DNA from: Iphione sp. A-MEVVRFRX5
Lineage: Eukaryota
NCBI GenBank assembly: GCA_976226885.1
Contig: OZ320313.1
Location: 66,774,001 to 66,838,000 of the forward strand
Direction: 5' to 3'
DNA length: 64,000 nucleotides
Numbering within the stretch: the stretch's first letter is position 1; every line of letters starts with the position of its first letter. Below are positions 1-12,373 of the stretch, piece by piece. The position numbers and the translations under genes are program-made. The notes under the pieces are model-generated. The model did no database searches and had not been told where the DNA came from. It was given only the letters and a program-made list of their open reading frames with translations.

Positions 1-4
1 TAGG

Positions 5-235
5 CAGGACAACTGGACTCTGGTGGGACAACTGGACTAGGAACTCAGGACAACCGGACCTGGACTCTAGGACAATTTGACTTCAGAAAAAAAAAGTTGA
101 AAAACCATTGGAAAAATAGCCAGGACAACTGGACTAAGACCTCGGGACAACTCAACCTCCAAATCTGGACAACTGGTCTAAATAGTTGGGACATTGGGGA
201 TGGGACATTTTGAACTCGGGACACTAGGATGATAC
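5..235. repeat. Degenerate minisatellite-like array of a GGACAACTGGACT motif
   Basis: About ten copies of GGACA(A/C/T)...GACT variants at roughly 20-25 nt spacing (e.g. at 7, 26, 48, 123, 167); runs off the window start. Confidence 0.75.
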
Positions 236-1154
236 AAGGTGAGGTCTGGGCAGTCGCAAGGCTGGACTTTATACAGCCACAAGTAATTTGCATAAAGTTA
301 CTTTTTCCACCTCACTCCCCTCCTGATGATTCGCCCTGTCCATACCGTCACCTGTATTACCTATCAGTACCCAGAACTTATATATAATAGCCTAATACAG
401 AAAAACTCACTTGATAAAACTGGAGTATCCGTCATGATACCAAACACGTACCTCATTTATGCTTCAATGTTTGTCACTGAGACTCTGTTTACAACTTATG
501 TTTGCATCTCTCTGACTACTTAATGCAGCCCTCTGATATGAGTTTTATTATGACTTGTATGTCAAGCAGCCGCGCCCACCTGATTGTCTCAGCATGAGCG
601 TAATGTCACCTGCACTAAAGACATTCAGGTTTTACTGTGACGGTGATTATCGCTGGCATATCATTATTCATGTACTTCAAACTTGTATGAACCTTTTCAT
701 ATAACCGAGAAATTATGTTATGTTTTTTTTGTTCATACGCGGTATTTAGGGTTTCTAAAGGATAGATATGCTTGAATGTATTATACACGAGGCTTTGGAA
801 CAAAGGGAATTCCACATTTAATCACCGACCGCGGATTCACCTATCTTCTTCTTCCTCCTAGAAAATTGCCCACAAATCTGTGCGTCTATTACCAATCGAC
901 CATGTACGTATATAGGCTGTCTCTTTAAAACTCTGGGTTTCAGAAGGTCTGCGCTAGGTTAATTATGATTCTCTTGCCTTGATGAGCTTTAATTCTCCCT
1001 CAAGTAGGGGTCACTTTCGCCCTGGCTTGCTACAGCGAGATAAGCCGCGGACGTCTATTCACAAGCTCGAATTCGTGCACTGAATTAGACAGTAAGCGGG
1101 CCATGGGCAATAATTACATTTCCACATAAAAATACCTGCAATTCATTCTGTTAT

Positions 1155-1590
1155 GCCGTGCACATCTACCAACAGTTTTTTTCACTTTTCACAATCACAC
1201 ATTCCAGTGCTCTTAGCCCAAAGAAAAACTACAACAGCATAGTTTCTCAATGTGGATACCATTTGTTCCCAGTTCAAGTGCTCCATTGAGGAGGTGTTCC
1301 AGTTATTATGATGTTGTTCCTTCCAAAAATGTATTTATAATATTATAATATTATTCATTCCGTGATGCTGTGCAAATCTACCAACAGTTTTTTTTTAATT
1401 TTTTACATTTGAGTGTTCTTAGCCCAAAGGAAAAACTACAACAGTATGGTATCTCAATGTGGACACCTTTTGTCCAGTCATTTTGAAGCTGTTCCTTCCA
1501 AAAGTGTCCCTAGCCAAAGGTTGTTCCTTGACCTCGGTGTTCCTAGGTTCAACTGTATATTTATGTATAATATTTTTATTCATATTTTTA
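1155..1590. repeat. Diverged tandem duplication, unit about 210 bp
   Basis: ATCTACCAACAGTTTTTT, CTTAGCCCAAAG(G)AAAAACTACAACAG, TCTCAATGTGGA(T/C)ACC and TGTTCCTTCCAAAA each occur twice in the same order. Confidence 0.8.
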
Positions 1591-2517
1591 GCATCTTTTA
1601 GATCTACAGACTATGACATAATATGTATATTTAATTCAAAGTCAGTTCCATATGTGAACACACCTGACTACCAATTGTCCTGCAGTGGTAGAGATAAGAA
1701 GTAACCAGGAGCGATGTCCATTTTACCCAAATAAACACAATTTTATCTCCAGACCCTAAGAGCAAATAACAGACATTTAAAAGATAATTGATAAGTGGCT
1801 AGAGTAATAACGATAGGAAGGAACCCGAATTTACTATGCAATTTGTACATAGATGTTCCCCATATTTTTGCTGCTTCTTACGTATTCTTCACAGCAGGCG
1901 ATACACACTTATAATCTACTTTCTGCATGAAGATAAACGGAACGTTTTTCTGTTCCTTCCTCATTGAATCTGGGTATGTAACTTCTTTATAGAAGCCATA
2001 CGTCAGTACAATGATCTTTCTTTAGCAGTGGAACATTTCAGCAGTCAACGGGCCTGTGGCGCTGTTAAAATGCAGCAGAAGTTCCAGCTGTGACAATCAA
2101 TCCGGCTTTACTCATGAGCCGGTCCGACAAAGTTTTAATTATTGGTTGGATTAAACCAAATGGTGGTGATAATATCAATCAACAATATGCATTTCACCAC
2201 TAATTCTTAGTTTGATCTCCACATAGCAACACATAAAACCCCTTTTGAAATAATGTTCTCATCCTAGTATTAAATATGCATGTACATACTATATATTTAC
2301 ATATATATTGTTTATACACATGTATAAACCGTATATATTTACACATATTTGTACACCGAATGCATTAGACTAATCTGCTAGGCTATTTCTCCAGTCAAGT
2401 AAGCATTACCCTGTACTTCCGCATTGATTTACGTGCTTCCTAACCAAGTTAGTGGGTGTGGGGGGCTGGAACAGGATTCTGTTGAGTGAGACTTTTGACA
2501 CGGAATTTTCATTCCAG

Positions 2518-2633
2518 GGCTCGGAGACCGCAATCCCCGGAACAGGAAGACGATACGTCATCGGCATCATGACCGCCGTCCCGATCATTTGGCGTCGACG
2601 CTGCAAGATGGTGGTGGGCTCTCGATGCGAGGG
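2518..2633 (+). other. Possible orphan internal exon of an unidentified transcript
   Basis: GC-rich 116-nt block bounded by TTTTCATTCCAG| and |GTGAGT; two of three frames are open; no protein family recognised. Confidence 0.25.
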
Positions 2634-3129
2634 GTGAGTGGACCAGATTTAATTACCACATAATAACAAAGCAGAAGCCGGGAAGTCATCAATGGCTAAA
2701 GACCTACACTATGGTTAGACTGGAGTCATAGGGGCGCATCCCTCAGCCGTAACTCGATATTTATAATTAGTCCAGCTGCCTCTCTCGCTTAGGCGTTTTC
2801 AATGCAATACTTCAAAACTCAGTGTTTAGATCCTCTGGTTGTTTCCTCTCCAACGTACTCAACTATTTTCAGGTATCTACAGAATGACTTTGTGATGTTT
2901 CTAAAATAATGACGATTACAAATTCAAGCTTGCAAATTCATACCTGCAAGTTACGAAAGCCCTTTTACTATTTCTATAAATGTATTATATATCAATCTCA
3001 GAACTGTTCTATACTTTATTCATTCTTACCATTGTTAGATGTCAATGGTCGACGATATTCTAACTCGTATTATAAAACAGTTATATACAAAAAAGTGGAT
3101 ATATAGCAGAAGGTAATAAATCGTAGCTT

Positions 3130-4440
3130 TGCCGAAGCCGTTATCCCAGCAAGATGGAGAAGTCAGCTCACACCATTATACAAAGGGGGGTCTGCTAAGG
3201 ACAGTGAGAATTACAGACTTACAGTTTATTGGATATTGCGGGGAAAATACAAGAACGAATTGTGCATTCAAGAATTCACAACCACCTAGAAAATGACATT
3301 CTAAGTAAATCACAATATGGTTTTCAGAAACACTTCTCGACGGAAATGGCAATTGTAGATCTCCTAATTGTGATACATAGAGCTCTTAATATGAAGAAGG
3401 CAGTGTTGGTATCTTCCATTGATCTGCGCAAGGCATTCAAATCAGTTAACCATGTAGTGCTACTTAAAGAAATTGGACGAGAATAATCTTATGTTGATAC
3501 GGGCATATTTACTAGATAGAAAACAAAGGGTGTATTGTAATGAGGTTTATTCTAAGGGATCGTTGACTGTGGAGTTCCGCAGGAATCCCTATTTGGTCCG
3601 CTTTTCTTCATTATGTTTATTAATTCACTCCCTAGTAATCTAACCAGATCATCGTGCTTTATGTATGCAGACGACTTAGCTATAGTAACAACTGGGAATA
3701 CCCTGGATGAGATAAAGATGGCTATAATGCACGAAATTGAGCAGGTCAAGGTCTGGACAAAAGAGTATAAAATCTTAATGAACATTGGGAAGACTAAATG
3801 TATCCACTTCAGACAAAGGGGGGGGGGTATGCTTGCAGAGGCTTGATGTTGAGGAAGATAGGATAGAGGTGGTATCTCAAATCAAGTATTCTAGGCATCA
3901 TGCTTGATGAACATTTAACAATTGACGCAAATAATAATCTAGTAATTAGGGAAATTATATGCTAAACTTGGTAATTTCAGAAAAGTCGGAAAATATCTTG
4001 ATCAGACCGATGCAGTAAATATTATAAGAACAATTATATTATCACCAGTAGGCGACTATCTAGCAATTGTAAACTCCAACAGTCGTAGTAGATCATATCA
4101 GAAAATGTTGAGGGTGAGGAGAGCAATAATAAATTGTGGGTATGGATATAGAAGGTTGCCTCTAGACCAGGTGGGGAGGGACTACGAAGTCCGAAAGGAC
4201 AGGAGACTGTTACAATGGGTATATTGGAATGTCAAATACCCAAGAAAGGGTATTACTAGACAAGCAGGTAAAAGGCAGCTAGAAGTTTTAAGACCAACAA
4301 TAGAACTGTATCGGAGGTCACCAGAATATTAAGCTAATACATTTGGGTAAAACACTCAGACAGACCAGGACAGCTTACAGTGAAGGAATGCAAAGGTTAT
4401 TTAAGAAAGCTGGGAAGGGAAGATGTTCAAACGTATAAGG
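3130..4440 (+). mobile_element. Degraded CR1/L2-type non-LTR retrotransposon (RT and C-terminus)
   Basis: Frameshifted RT motifs: TPLYKGGSAKDSENYR, QYGFQKHFSTEMAI, IDLRKAFKSVNH, VPQESLFGPLFF, MYADD; C-terminal LEVLRPTIELYRRSPEY. Confidence 0.88.
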
Positions 4441-7400
4441 TCCCATAAAGCGGGTGAAAGTATGAGAGGCGCTCAACATCAGTCAGATATGGATACTTAG
4501 TTTATTTTAGAATCAGTGTGTTCTATAGGAACTGACCTGGGGCTCAGCCGCAGTCAGGAGCTATTTTCAGCGTGCATAGAGTAAGTATCCTTAAGGTGGT
4601 TAAAAATATGTGCGATTGTGAAGATAAAGGGTATATTTTGTGGGAAAGCATGTGCTAGTGGATGTGATATAAATACAGTATCTGGGGCTCTGCCCTGGGA
4701 CCATGAAGAGCTGAACTGTCACTCTGGAGGGTCACAGGGTTCTGCTGCTGACCTTAAATTAGGGAAAATATAGTAAAGCAGTTTAGCTGTGACGTTATGG
4801 ATGATAGTAAGAAACTTGATTCTGTAAAAACAACTACCAGCTATGTATGGGGCTCTGCCGCTGCTAGTTAATTTTGAAAAAAATTCCTGACTCTGAACAA
4901 TACAAATATCTCTGAATAAGGTGTACATGAAATATGAATGACTGGTACAGCCTTTGATGCAATCAGAATGAGGAGACACTGTATTATGGTGCGATCATAA
5001 ATCTTCATTGTAAATATTTCATAACATAATATTAAAGTAGTCGCAATCATAGGATATTTATATAGGCAAGGAACTGGAATCTCATACAATTATGTACTTC
5101 GTCTTCCAGTGAAAATATAGTTTTAAAAAAGTTTGTTTCTTTATTTTCACTGGGATAGTATATATTATTGTGTGTTGCACCAGTTTCTTACTGGGATATC
5201 TTTCCTTTACCTTAAACTACATATGTACATATAATTTAAATGGAATGTTATGTGATGTTGATTACTATACTGTATACATATGATGAAAATTAGTTGAAAT
5301 TTATATCCCTTGTTTCCATTATAATATGGGGGTTGCATCATTGATCTTATTACGTGGCACAGAGTAGTAAGACATAATCAGCAGACATCGGACAATGTTT
5401 TTTTTACCATATCTACCATCTACCATACATATATACACAGTACACATAGATACAGAAGACTTAATCCTCCTCTATAGAATATTACTGCGCTCTCTGTATG
5501 CATCGTTGTCTTAAAGAACATTCCATTCTTTGCAGAGTTCAGCCGTTTTGAAAATGACCAAAACTGTGATACTAATGGGGACGTACTCTCCCTCTGTATT
5601 ACCTTCATTCGTTTTTGACAAAGCCTGGCAGCCCAAACCTGACTCAAAACCTCTGCTGTATCGAGTTCCAAAGCTCGCCTGTAAGCGAGGTCATGCCCAT
5701 AGGCCATTTCTCCAAAGAGCTTTTTAGTACCGTAAATGCTCGGATACTGCGGACCGATCCCAGGACCGTTGTGAGATTGTCCAGAAAAGGTAGAGTGGTA
5801 ATAAGGACTACGTGAACAAGCCCTACGTGAATAGGAGTTCCATGCTCCTAATAAAACATAACAAGAAACAGCTACACATTTGTATGAAACGGCTGACGTT
5901 TAGATAAAATCATAAGTATGGTGGATATTTCAGTATCTCAGTGCAAAAATACTAGTATCCATAAAAAGAAATTTTCCGTAAACTAAAAGCAGTATCACAG
6001 GTGTTTAAACTCCCATTCTCCATTTGATGCTGTACAGACACTACCTCGAAGTGTGTGGCACGAACACAGAAAAAAATAGCTTTCTAATATTCCACACGAA
6101 GTTCCTATATACATGCGCAGGTGTCTGTCAAGATTCTAGAGACCGCAGACAGAGAATGAGTCTACTGGCAACTGAATTCATAAAAGATGGCTGTATGACT
6201 GAAGTTAAAAATTGTTATAGCTCTATCAATATTGTTGATGAGTTCGTTTTGAGAAATATTGTGGACAAAGTTTGACCGTTGTGACGAAAACAATGTAATG
6301 TCCGATAGAATTTCAATTTTTGTCTTTTATCTACGTCGAACGGGGTAAAACATGTGCTCAACATTGTATCAATCCCCGTAATGAATGGAAGAAACACTCC
6401 AGATATTTTATTTCCCGAAAGCATGTATGGATTGAGACCTTTTTCAAACACAGCCATATACTAAACAGTGAAAAAAGAAGAACGTATGAATGGAGAATTA
6501 ACATGGAGAACTACAAAGGAAAAACTGGTTGAAATGAGGGAATAAACCACTAACGGACCACCTGTTTATGGTAGTTATGGCACGAAACACTGCTCATGAG
6601 GAAAAACATTCGTCGCTGTGTACATCCGGCAATATGATAACGTGCGTTCAACAGTAATATTAACCAGTGATGAATCCGCCATTTTATTCTCGGACGCAGA
6701 GATTTACTCTATGGAAATATTTTAAAACTTTATGCCGAGCGTTGCACCTTGAATGCCTATAATTGATTTCATTATGACAACAACGCGTTAGCTACCAATA
6801 CGCAAGTTACCCGTAACGAGCCTTTTCTCGCTTCAAAACAGGCTTAGACTAGAGTGGAAAATACCATTTTCCATATATCAATACGCCTACGCTTACTTAA
6901 ATACATAACGATGATACCCTTTGAAGCTCCCGGGAGATTCATCAGTCTTCTGCTGAAAAAAAACAGCTGAAGATGTTGAGAAGCATCGGACTTTGTTCAA
7001 ACGAAACAATTATACTTTCTTGGAAGTAGACCAACCGTGTAGCAGCCATGTTCCAGGCTGTGCATCTGTACAATCTATCGAATGAATCTACCATATCGCG
7101 TTAAAATACTGCATAAATATCCTGATCCGGTATTGCCTGCTAGATAGTAGGTAGGAGAGGCTATATATAATGAAGCACGTGGATTGCCTATTACTCCGTG
7201 ATTGATTCCTGTGCGTTTTTCCTTCTTCTCCATCGATTCCCATTTCCTGCAGCGAAAAATACGAAATTCATTATGGTGAAGATACCTATCATGAGTACAT
7301 GTAGTAAAAAAGGAAAGATTTGGATTTATATAAAATCTTGCGATATTTCTAGGCAGAGCCTCATATTACTATCAGACTCATTCTTAAAATGATATGTACG

Positions 7401-8999
7401 TATGTATGTATGTTTGTATTCATAGTGAAGAGTCGACATACATGTACATCGATTTTCATATTACACTAGTACATTGATTTGATTCATTCTATTTGAGATA
7501 TGTGGTCCTTTTGTTGATGTGTAATTTCTTAGCATTTTATAATGAAGTATTTGCTTATTAATCAACATACCGATTTACATCACACAGCCCAAGTTCTCGG
7601 TGAAAATAAATTCTTCATCGAGGCTGTGCAGTATGAAATTTATCTTTGCACACACGCAATGGTATTAGCCAATGTTAGGGAAGAAGGGGTACACAATGAT
7701 GGAGTATGATCAATACAGATATCATTCTAAAGGAAGGAGAGTATAACGCAACACGTAACTAACGTTCATTAGAGTCAATTCTAGAGGCTACATACAGGCA
7801 CTATTAAGCTCGATGGGAATTCTTACGAGGGCGATTCAGCTACAAATTAGTAAGGAGATGTGACGTTTGAAGCAAGCAGCCTTTTGGTTTAATGGGTGGC
7901 TTTACGCTATTGAATTCACCGTCGCGCAGCCGTCTTAGCGTCTCAGACAGTAATTACCACCAAACATCTGCAATACGCCACTCCCAACCGCTAGAGTAAA
8001 ATCGCCCTGTGAGCACAACTGGCTAGGCAACCAGGTCCAAGTTAGTGCCTTTCGTTGGCAACAGGGGGCATTTGCCCTCTAGGCTTGACACTGCAGAGCG
8101 CCTGGCCGACATTCTCTTGTCGTATTAAGTCTCAACGAAGGAGAGAATGACATGTAAAATAACAGAAGACTGCCCCACGGTACCATAGTCATGTTACACA
8201 TTCTTTCACTAGTCATTTTGGAAAGATATAAGTGTATCGCCAATATATTTAAAGGAATGGGAAAAAAACTCAAACCCACACATCGTCCATCCATGTAGGC
8301 AAATAGCGATAAGTTGACACATCTCGGAATTCAGGCAATCCGCACCATATATATCCGTGCAACACGGTAATATCCGAGGGCGACTGGTAACAGGATGGTC
8401 GCGGGATTCAGCACTAGTGACGTCTAAGGGCCCTGATGTATTAAGGACTCATCGATATCAACGCAAATAGAGGACGGCGACTGTAGCTATGAAATAATTT
8501 GATTTTTATCCGCCATTTACCGGGAGGGACCATCTGGGACATCCACCTTCAAAATAATGCCCCATTCCATGCTGGTTCAGTGTAAACGAAAACTCTTTGT
8601 TAAACATTATGGACGCACTCGATGATCATGTAATTTTTTTAACTACCTTTTGCAAAGTTAAGGTGAATAACACAATTTGGAAATATAATAAGCAAATGTG
8701 TTTCCACTAAAAATCAGTGCATACACTTAAAACGTGTATTCGAGTATGATAAGGAAACGTTAACTCTATACATATAGAGGAAGTTAAATTTCCTGATGCA
8801 ACATATGATTTTTTAAAGCCATGGTTCATAATGGCAAAGAGTAGCATGCACTGAACGTCTCGAAAGCTGACAAATGATCTGAAAATTCGACCATCTGGTC
8901 GTCAATACGAAATCCTTTACTAAACATTCCATGCCTCGAGGATAGGTAAGGGTTTTTTTCAGCTATAGTGGACCTGTCATTATCGCACTTAGCGGGCAA

Positions 9000-10560
9000 T
9001 AAGACCTCATTGACATCCATCCTCCAGGGTCACGTCTGCGGAATATACTTTACCCCAGGCCGGTGGCATTGACTCTACCTGATCCCGTTTTCCACACACG
9101 CAGCGCCCAAGCCTGGACGTACTTCTCTCTGCTTCTGCCCTAGTCACTAAGTCGCACGCTAACGGGCACGGCCCCTTCTCTAAAAATGCCGGTAGCTGCT
9201 CATGTGCCTAGTTGGATGCCCCTACCTACTCGCAAGGTGCCAAGCGTCTTTCAAGAGATAGCCACGATGCGCATGTGGTGGGCAGAGCGGCTACTTATAC
9301 TGTCTGCGCCCCAGCGACCTGTTGGCTGGTCTCAAGATTACAGAGCTACATTTGAGTCTCTCGTGCTGTTTGAATATAGGCATAATACTATCACACATTT
9401 AAGGCTGTTTATGACGGATTCCACGTAGGTCAAGTCAGAATAATGCGTTTGTCTGCCGGTTCTTCTATTTTGCCCGAAATGCAGATAACATTTCACTGGA
9501 CCTACACGGATGCGTATACAGAATGTCCATCAAGATGTCTCTACGAACTGCCCTCTTAGAGTGGACTTTGGATAAACAAGCGTTCAAAGCAGTCTGTACT
9601 GTAGCCGCTCACTCGTTATCTCGGGTCTAAATTGAACCTACCGCGGGTAATGTTTGGCACAGGGTTTTGATAAGGTTGGAGATAAACCCCGATCAAACAA
9701 ACCAGTTACATGCTTCTCAGATTATTTATATTTATCTCCGGATAATGTAATCCCACCTAGGAAAGCAGCACCAGCCCCCCGCAGAAGGGAAGCACTGCTA
9801 TTCAGCCGGTGGCTTCCGTCGGATGCAGAATTTTGATGAGGGAAGATTTCTTTTCTCCGCGCTGGAAGGAAGGACAAGACCCACGTTGTCCTCTGACAAC
9901 CGGAAGTAATATCAACTGTAGACGCCGTTGTGGAATATTATAGCAGATCTCCACGACATCACCATAATTTGTCGCTGAGGACACGACCTGCCAAGCCTAT
10001 CTATAATTTGCCTAGCACCATACAGAGGTCATATTTTACGTCACATTCAGCTCGATCCATTAGCGCGTCATCGCGCTGATGTGTAGCTTTTCCATGTGAT
10101 CAACCACCAGGAATTGACACTTGTTCACGGGGCGCAAACCGTTCCAACCATTGGAAGGCTCTCCTTCTTCATACAGTTCGTGAGTAGTCAGTGCCAGATG
10201 GCGCTGTTTACGGATTAGGGTCCATCACTGCGCATGATCCGACTCCAGCAAGGATATGTAGACGATCACAGTGTCATGTCCACGTTACAGGGAACAACGA
10301 TTAGAAGACAGGTTTTTGTAAGCCAGTCAACAAGAAAGGCATGGAAGGTAGCGTGACCTTTTATACAATTCTATTGGATGATCCTGTCAAAGCGTCTCGC
10401 GGTTTGTCAGTCAATTCTTAGCTATTTCGAACCTAAGAATTTCGCTCCTACGCTTTGGCTTCCCTTTTCATCACTATCTAATACACTGTCCATGTCTTTA
10501 TCACCGGAATGTACTGCCTCTATCTATCAGAATCTCAACGGTTAAAAAAGCATTTCCAGC
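9000..10560 (+). mobile_element. Highly decayed transposase relic, probably Zisupton/KDZ (HMGXB3-like)
   Basis: Stop-ridden frames give FESLVLFEY, FCPKC, ISLDLHGC, AQGF, CGIL*...AE.....A.L..A*HH..VIFY (9929-10040) and KPFQPLEG. Order and spacing fit my recollection of HMGXB3-like/KDZ transposases; not verified by search. Confidence 0.45.
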
Positions 10561-12132
10561 TTTTCTGTCTAAAGTGAAGGTGCCTTTGTTGGAATCTATA
10601 ATGTGTTTCGGCAGTTTTACTTTAATTCAATTTTCAGTCTAGACACTAAGACTGCACTTCGTTCTGAAACAGAGGCAGTTCTAAAATGAATGCCACTGCA
10701 TATTACTTAAAGTCAGTTTTTATATGCTCTAGTCTTTTGGCTCTGTATGTGTATTTTCTGTCTAAATTATACATGTCGTGGGCTTACAAGAACATATCAT
10801 TTTGAATGACAACTTTATTATCTATGAAACTGTATAGAGTCTAAATAAGCGTCGTCTTTTGCCTCAAAAGCATTCATTCCTATACAAACCAAACAATCTA
10901 TCGCTGTCATGTAGCCGAACGGCATGACCGGCTTCCGGTGGTTGTCCTTCAATTTCCTACCGATTGATTCGTATGCTTGCCAACAGGGTGCAGAACAGGG
11001 GTGTGCAAACTCAAGAATACCCTGCCGCCGCCCTGCTGGTTTGGTCCGTAATCCTAAACAGCTGATGATGTTCCTCTCTTGGTTGATGGCTCGTTGAGAA
11101 GCAATTACTCTGTTTGCCGAACTAAGGCTACACATACATTGACCAGACATGCAAAGTGATGTCAGTATTTCTACACTACAGAGAAATGTTAACCTCCTGC
11201 AGTTGACAGTTATCAAAGCCAGAAATTAGGTCTAGCTGCCAAATGTCTCTTTAATGTGCCCTTTATGTTGAGGTCTTCGGGAACCACATATTCTTACATG
11301 ATAGTCCGACGTGTGCATATGGTTAAGGACCAAATAGCCGCTATTAACTTCGTTAAGACCACAACCTCGTGAAATTTGTGCCGGTCATTATTGATTTCTC
11401 TATCAGCAAACCAACAGAGAAGGTTGTATGTCTTGGAACCTTTCCATCAACAAGCTTGCAGGTTTTCATCAGTACAAACAGCTATCTCACTATCTTCACT
11501 ATCACGTCATGACTGTAATATTATTGTGTAATCGTCATCTTTAAAGAAAACATCTGATCAAAATTGCACGCACCCGACATTTACAGGTATGAATTTACTT
11601 TTTCCGGAGATGACTGTGTTCATTGCGTAACTGAAAGCGGAGTCCATTATGGTTTTACCGTTTTTCAAATAGAGTACACGTACGTATTCACTTACCAGGC
11701 TTGTTTACTGAGTAGCATGGCTACTTACATAATCATTATAGTAATGGTACCAATCTCGCAAGTATTTGAAAAAAAGAGTCGCTAGCATCATTCATACTGA
11801 GGAAATACACTTAATTTGGAATTCATGTAGATTGACTACCAAATGGTACCTATATCGAAAGGTATATTTTCCCAAATCAAAACATGGCGATTCCATTTAT
11901 GATTCATGACGTTCAGCTTTCTATGTGTGTTTCTATCGATCGGGAAAGTTCTTAGGAGATTACCCATGGGTGTTTATTCATGGCAGCTTCACCGGTAACT
12001 TTAGAATACAACTTGCATGCCAAGATCAGGAACCCCCGAATGTAGGAAGAAGATAGTAGTCCAGACATCGAGTTGAAAGCTTGGAATTTACTTACAAAGG
12101 ACAAGAAATGTGTCCAACAAACAGCCTCCTAA

Positions 12133-12200
12133 AAGGCCCGTAGCCAGTAAGTACAGGAACTCCTGGTTAGAGAGGTGGAACTCCTGGTTAGAGAGGTCTT

Positions 12201-12249
<49 letters not shown>

Positions 12250-12373
12250 AGTCCAGTCTTTCTCTCTCTCTCTCATGATACACCCTTAGCTACATAGGCC
12301 CAGGGAAGTGAAATTCATGGCTTTTGTGGGGGTATCGGACGATACCCCCGATACCCCCTTGGCTACGGGCTTG
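12133..12373 (-). mobile_element. MITE (CAGGCCCGTAGCCA-type termini), copy 1
   Basis: AGGCCCGTAGCCAG ... TTGGCTACGGGCTTG inverted ends; GGGGGTATCGGACGATACCCCC hairpin; 21-bp unit and TC microsatellite shared in reverse orientation with the copy at 59978-60404. Confidence 0.8.
12203..12274. repeat. (TC)n microsatellite inside MITE
   Basis: Directly visible TC run with one short interruption. Confidence 0.95.

Noticed and set aside
5-235. CRISPR-like repeat-spacer array
   Set aside because: Core is only 13 nt and degenerate, spacers are short and irregular, there are no cas genes, and the context is eukaryotic.
5536-5810. Candidate exon after TTCCATTCTTTGCAG
   Set aside because: No convincing donor, stops in the frames examined, and no recognisable protein on either strand.
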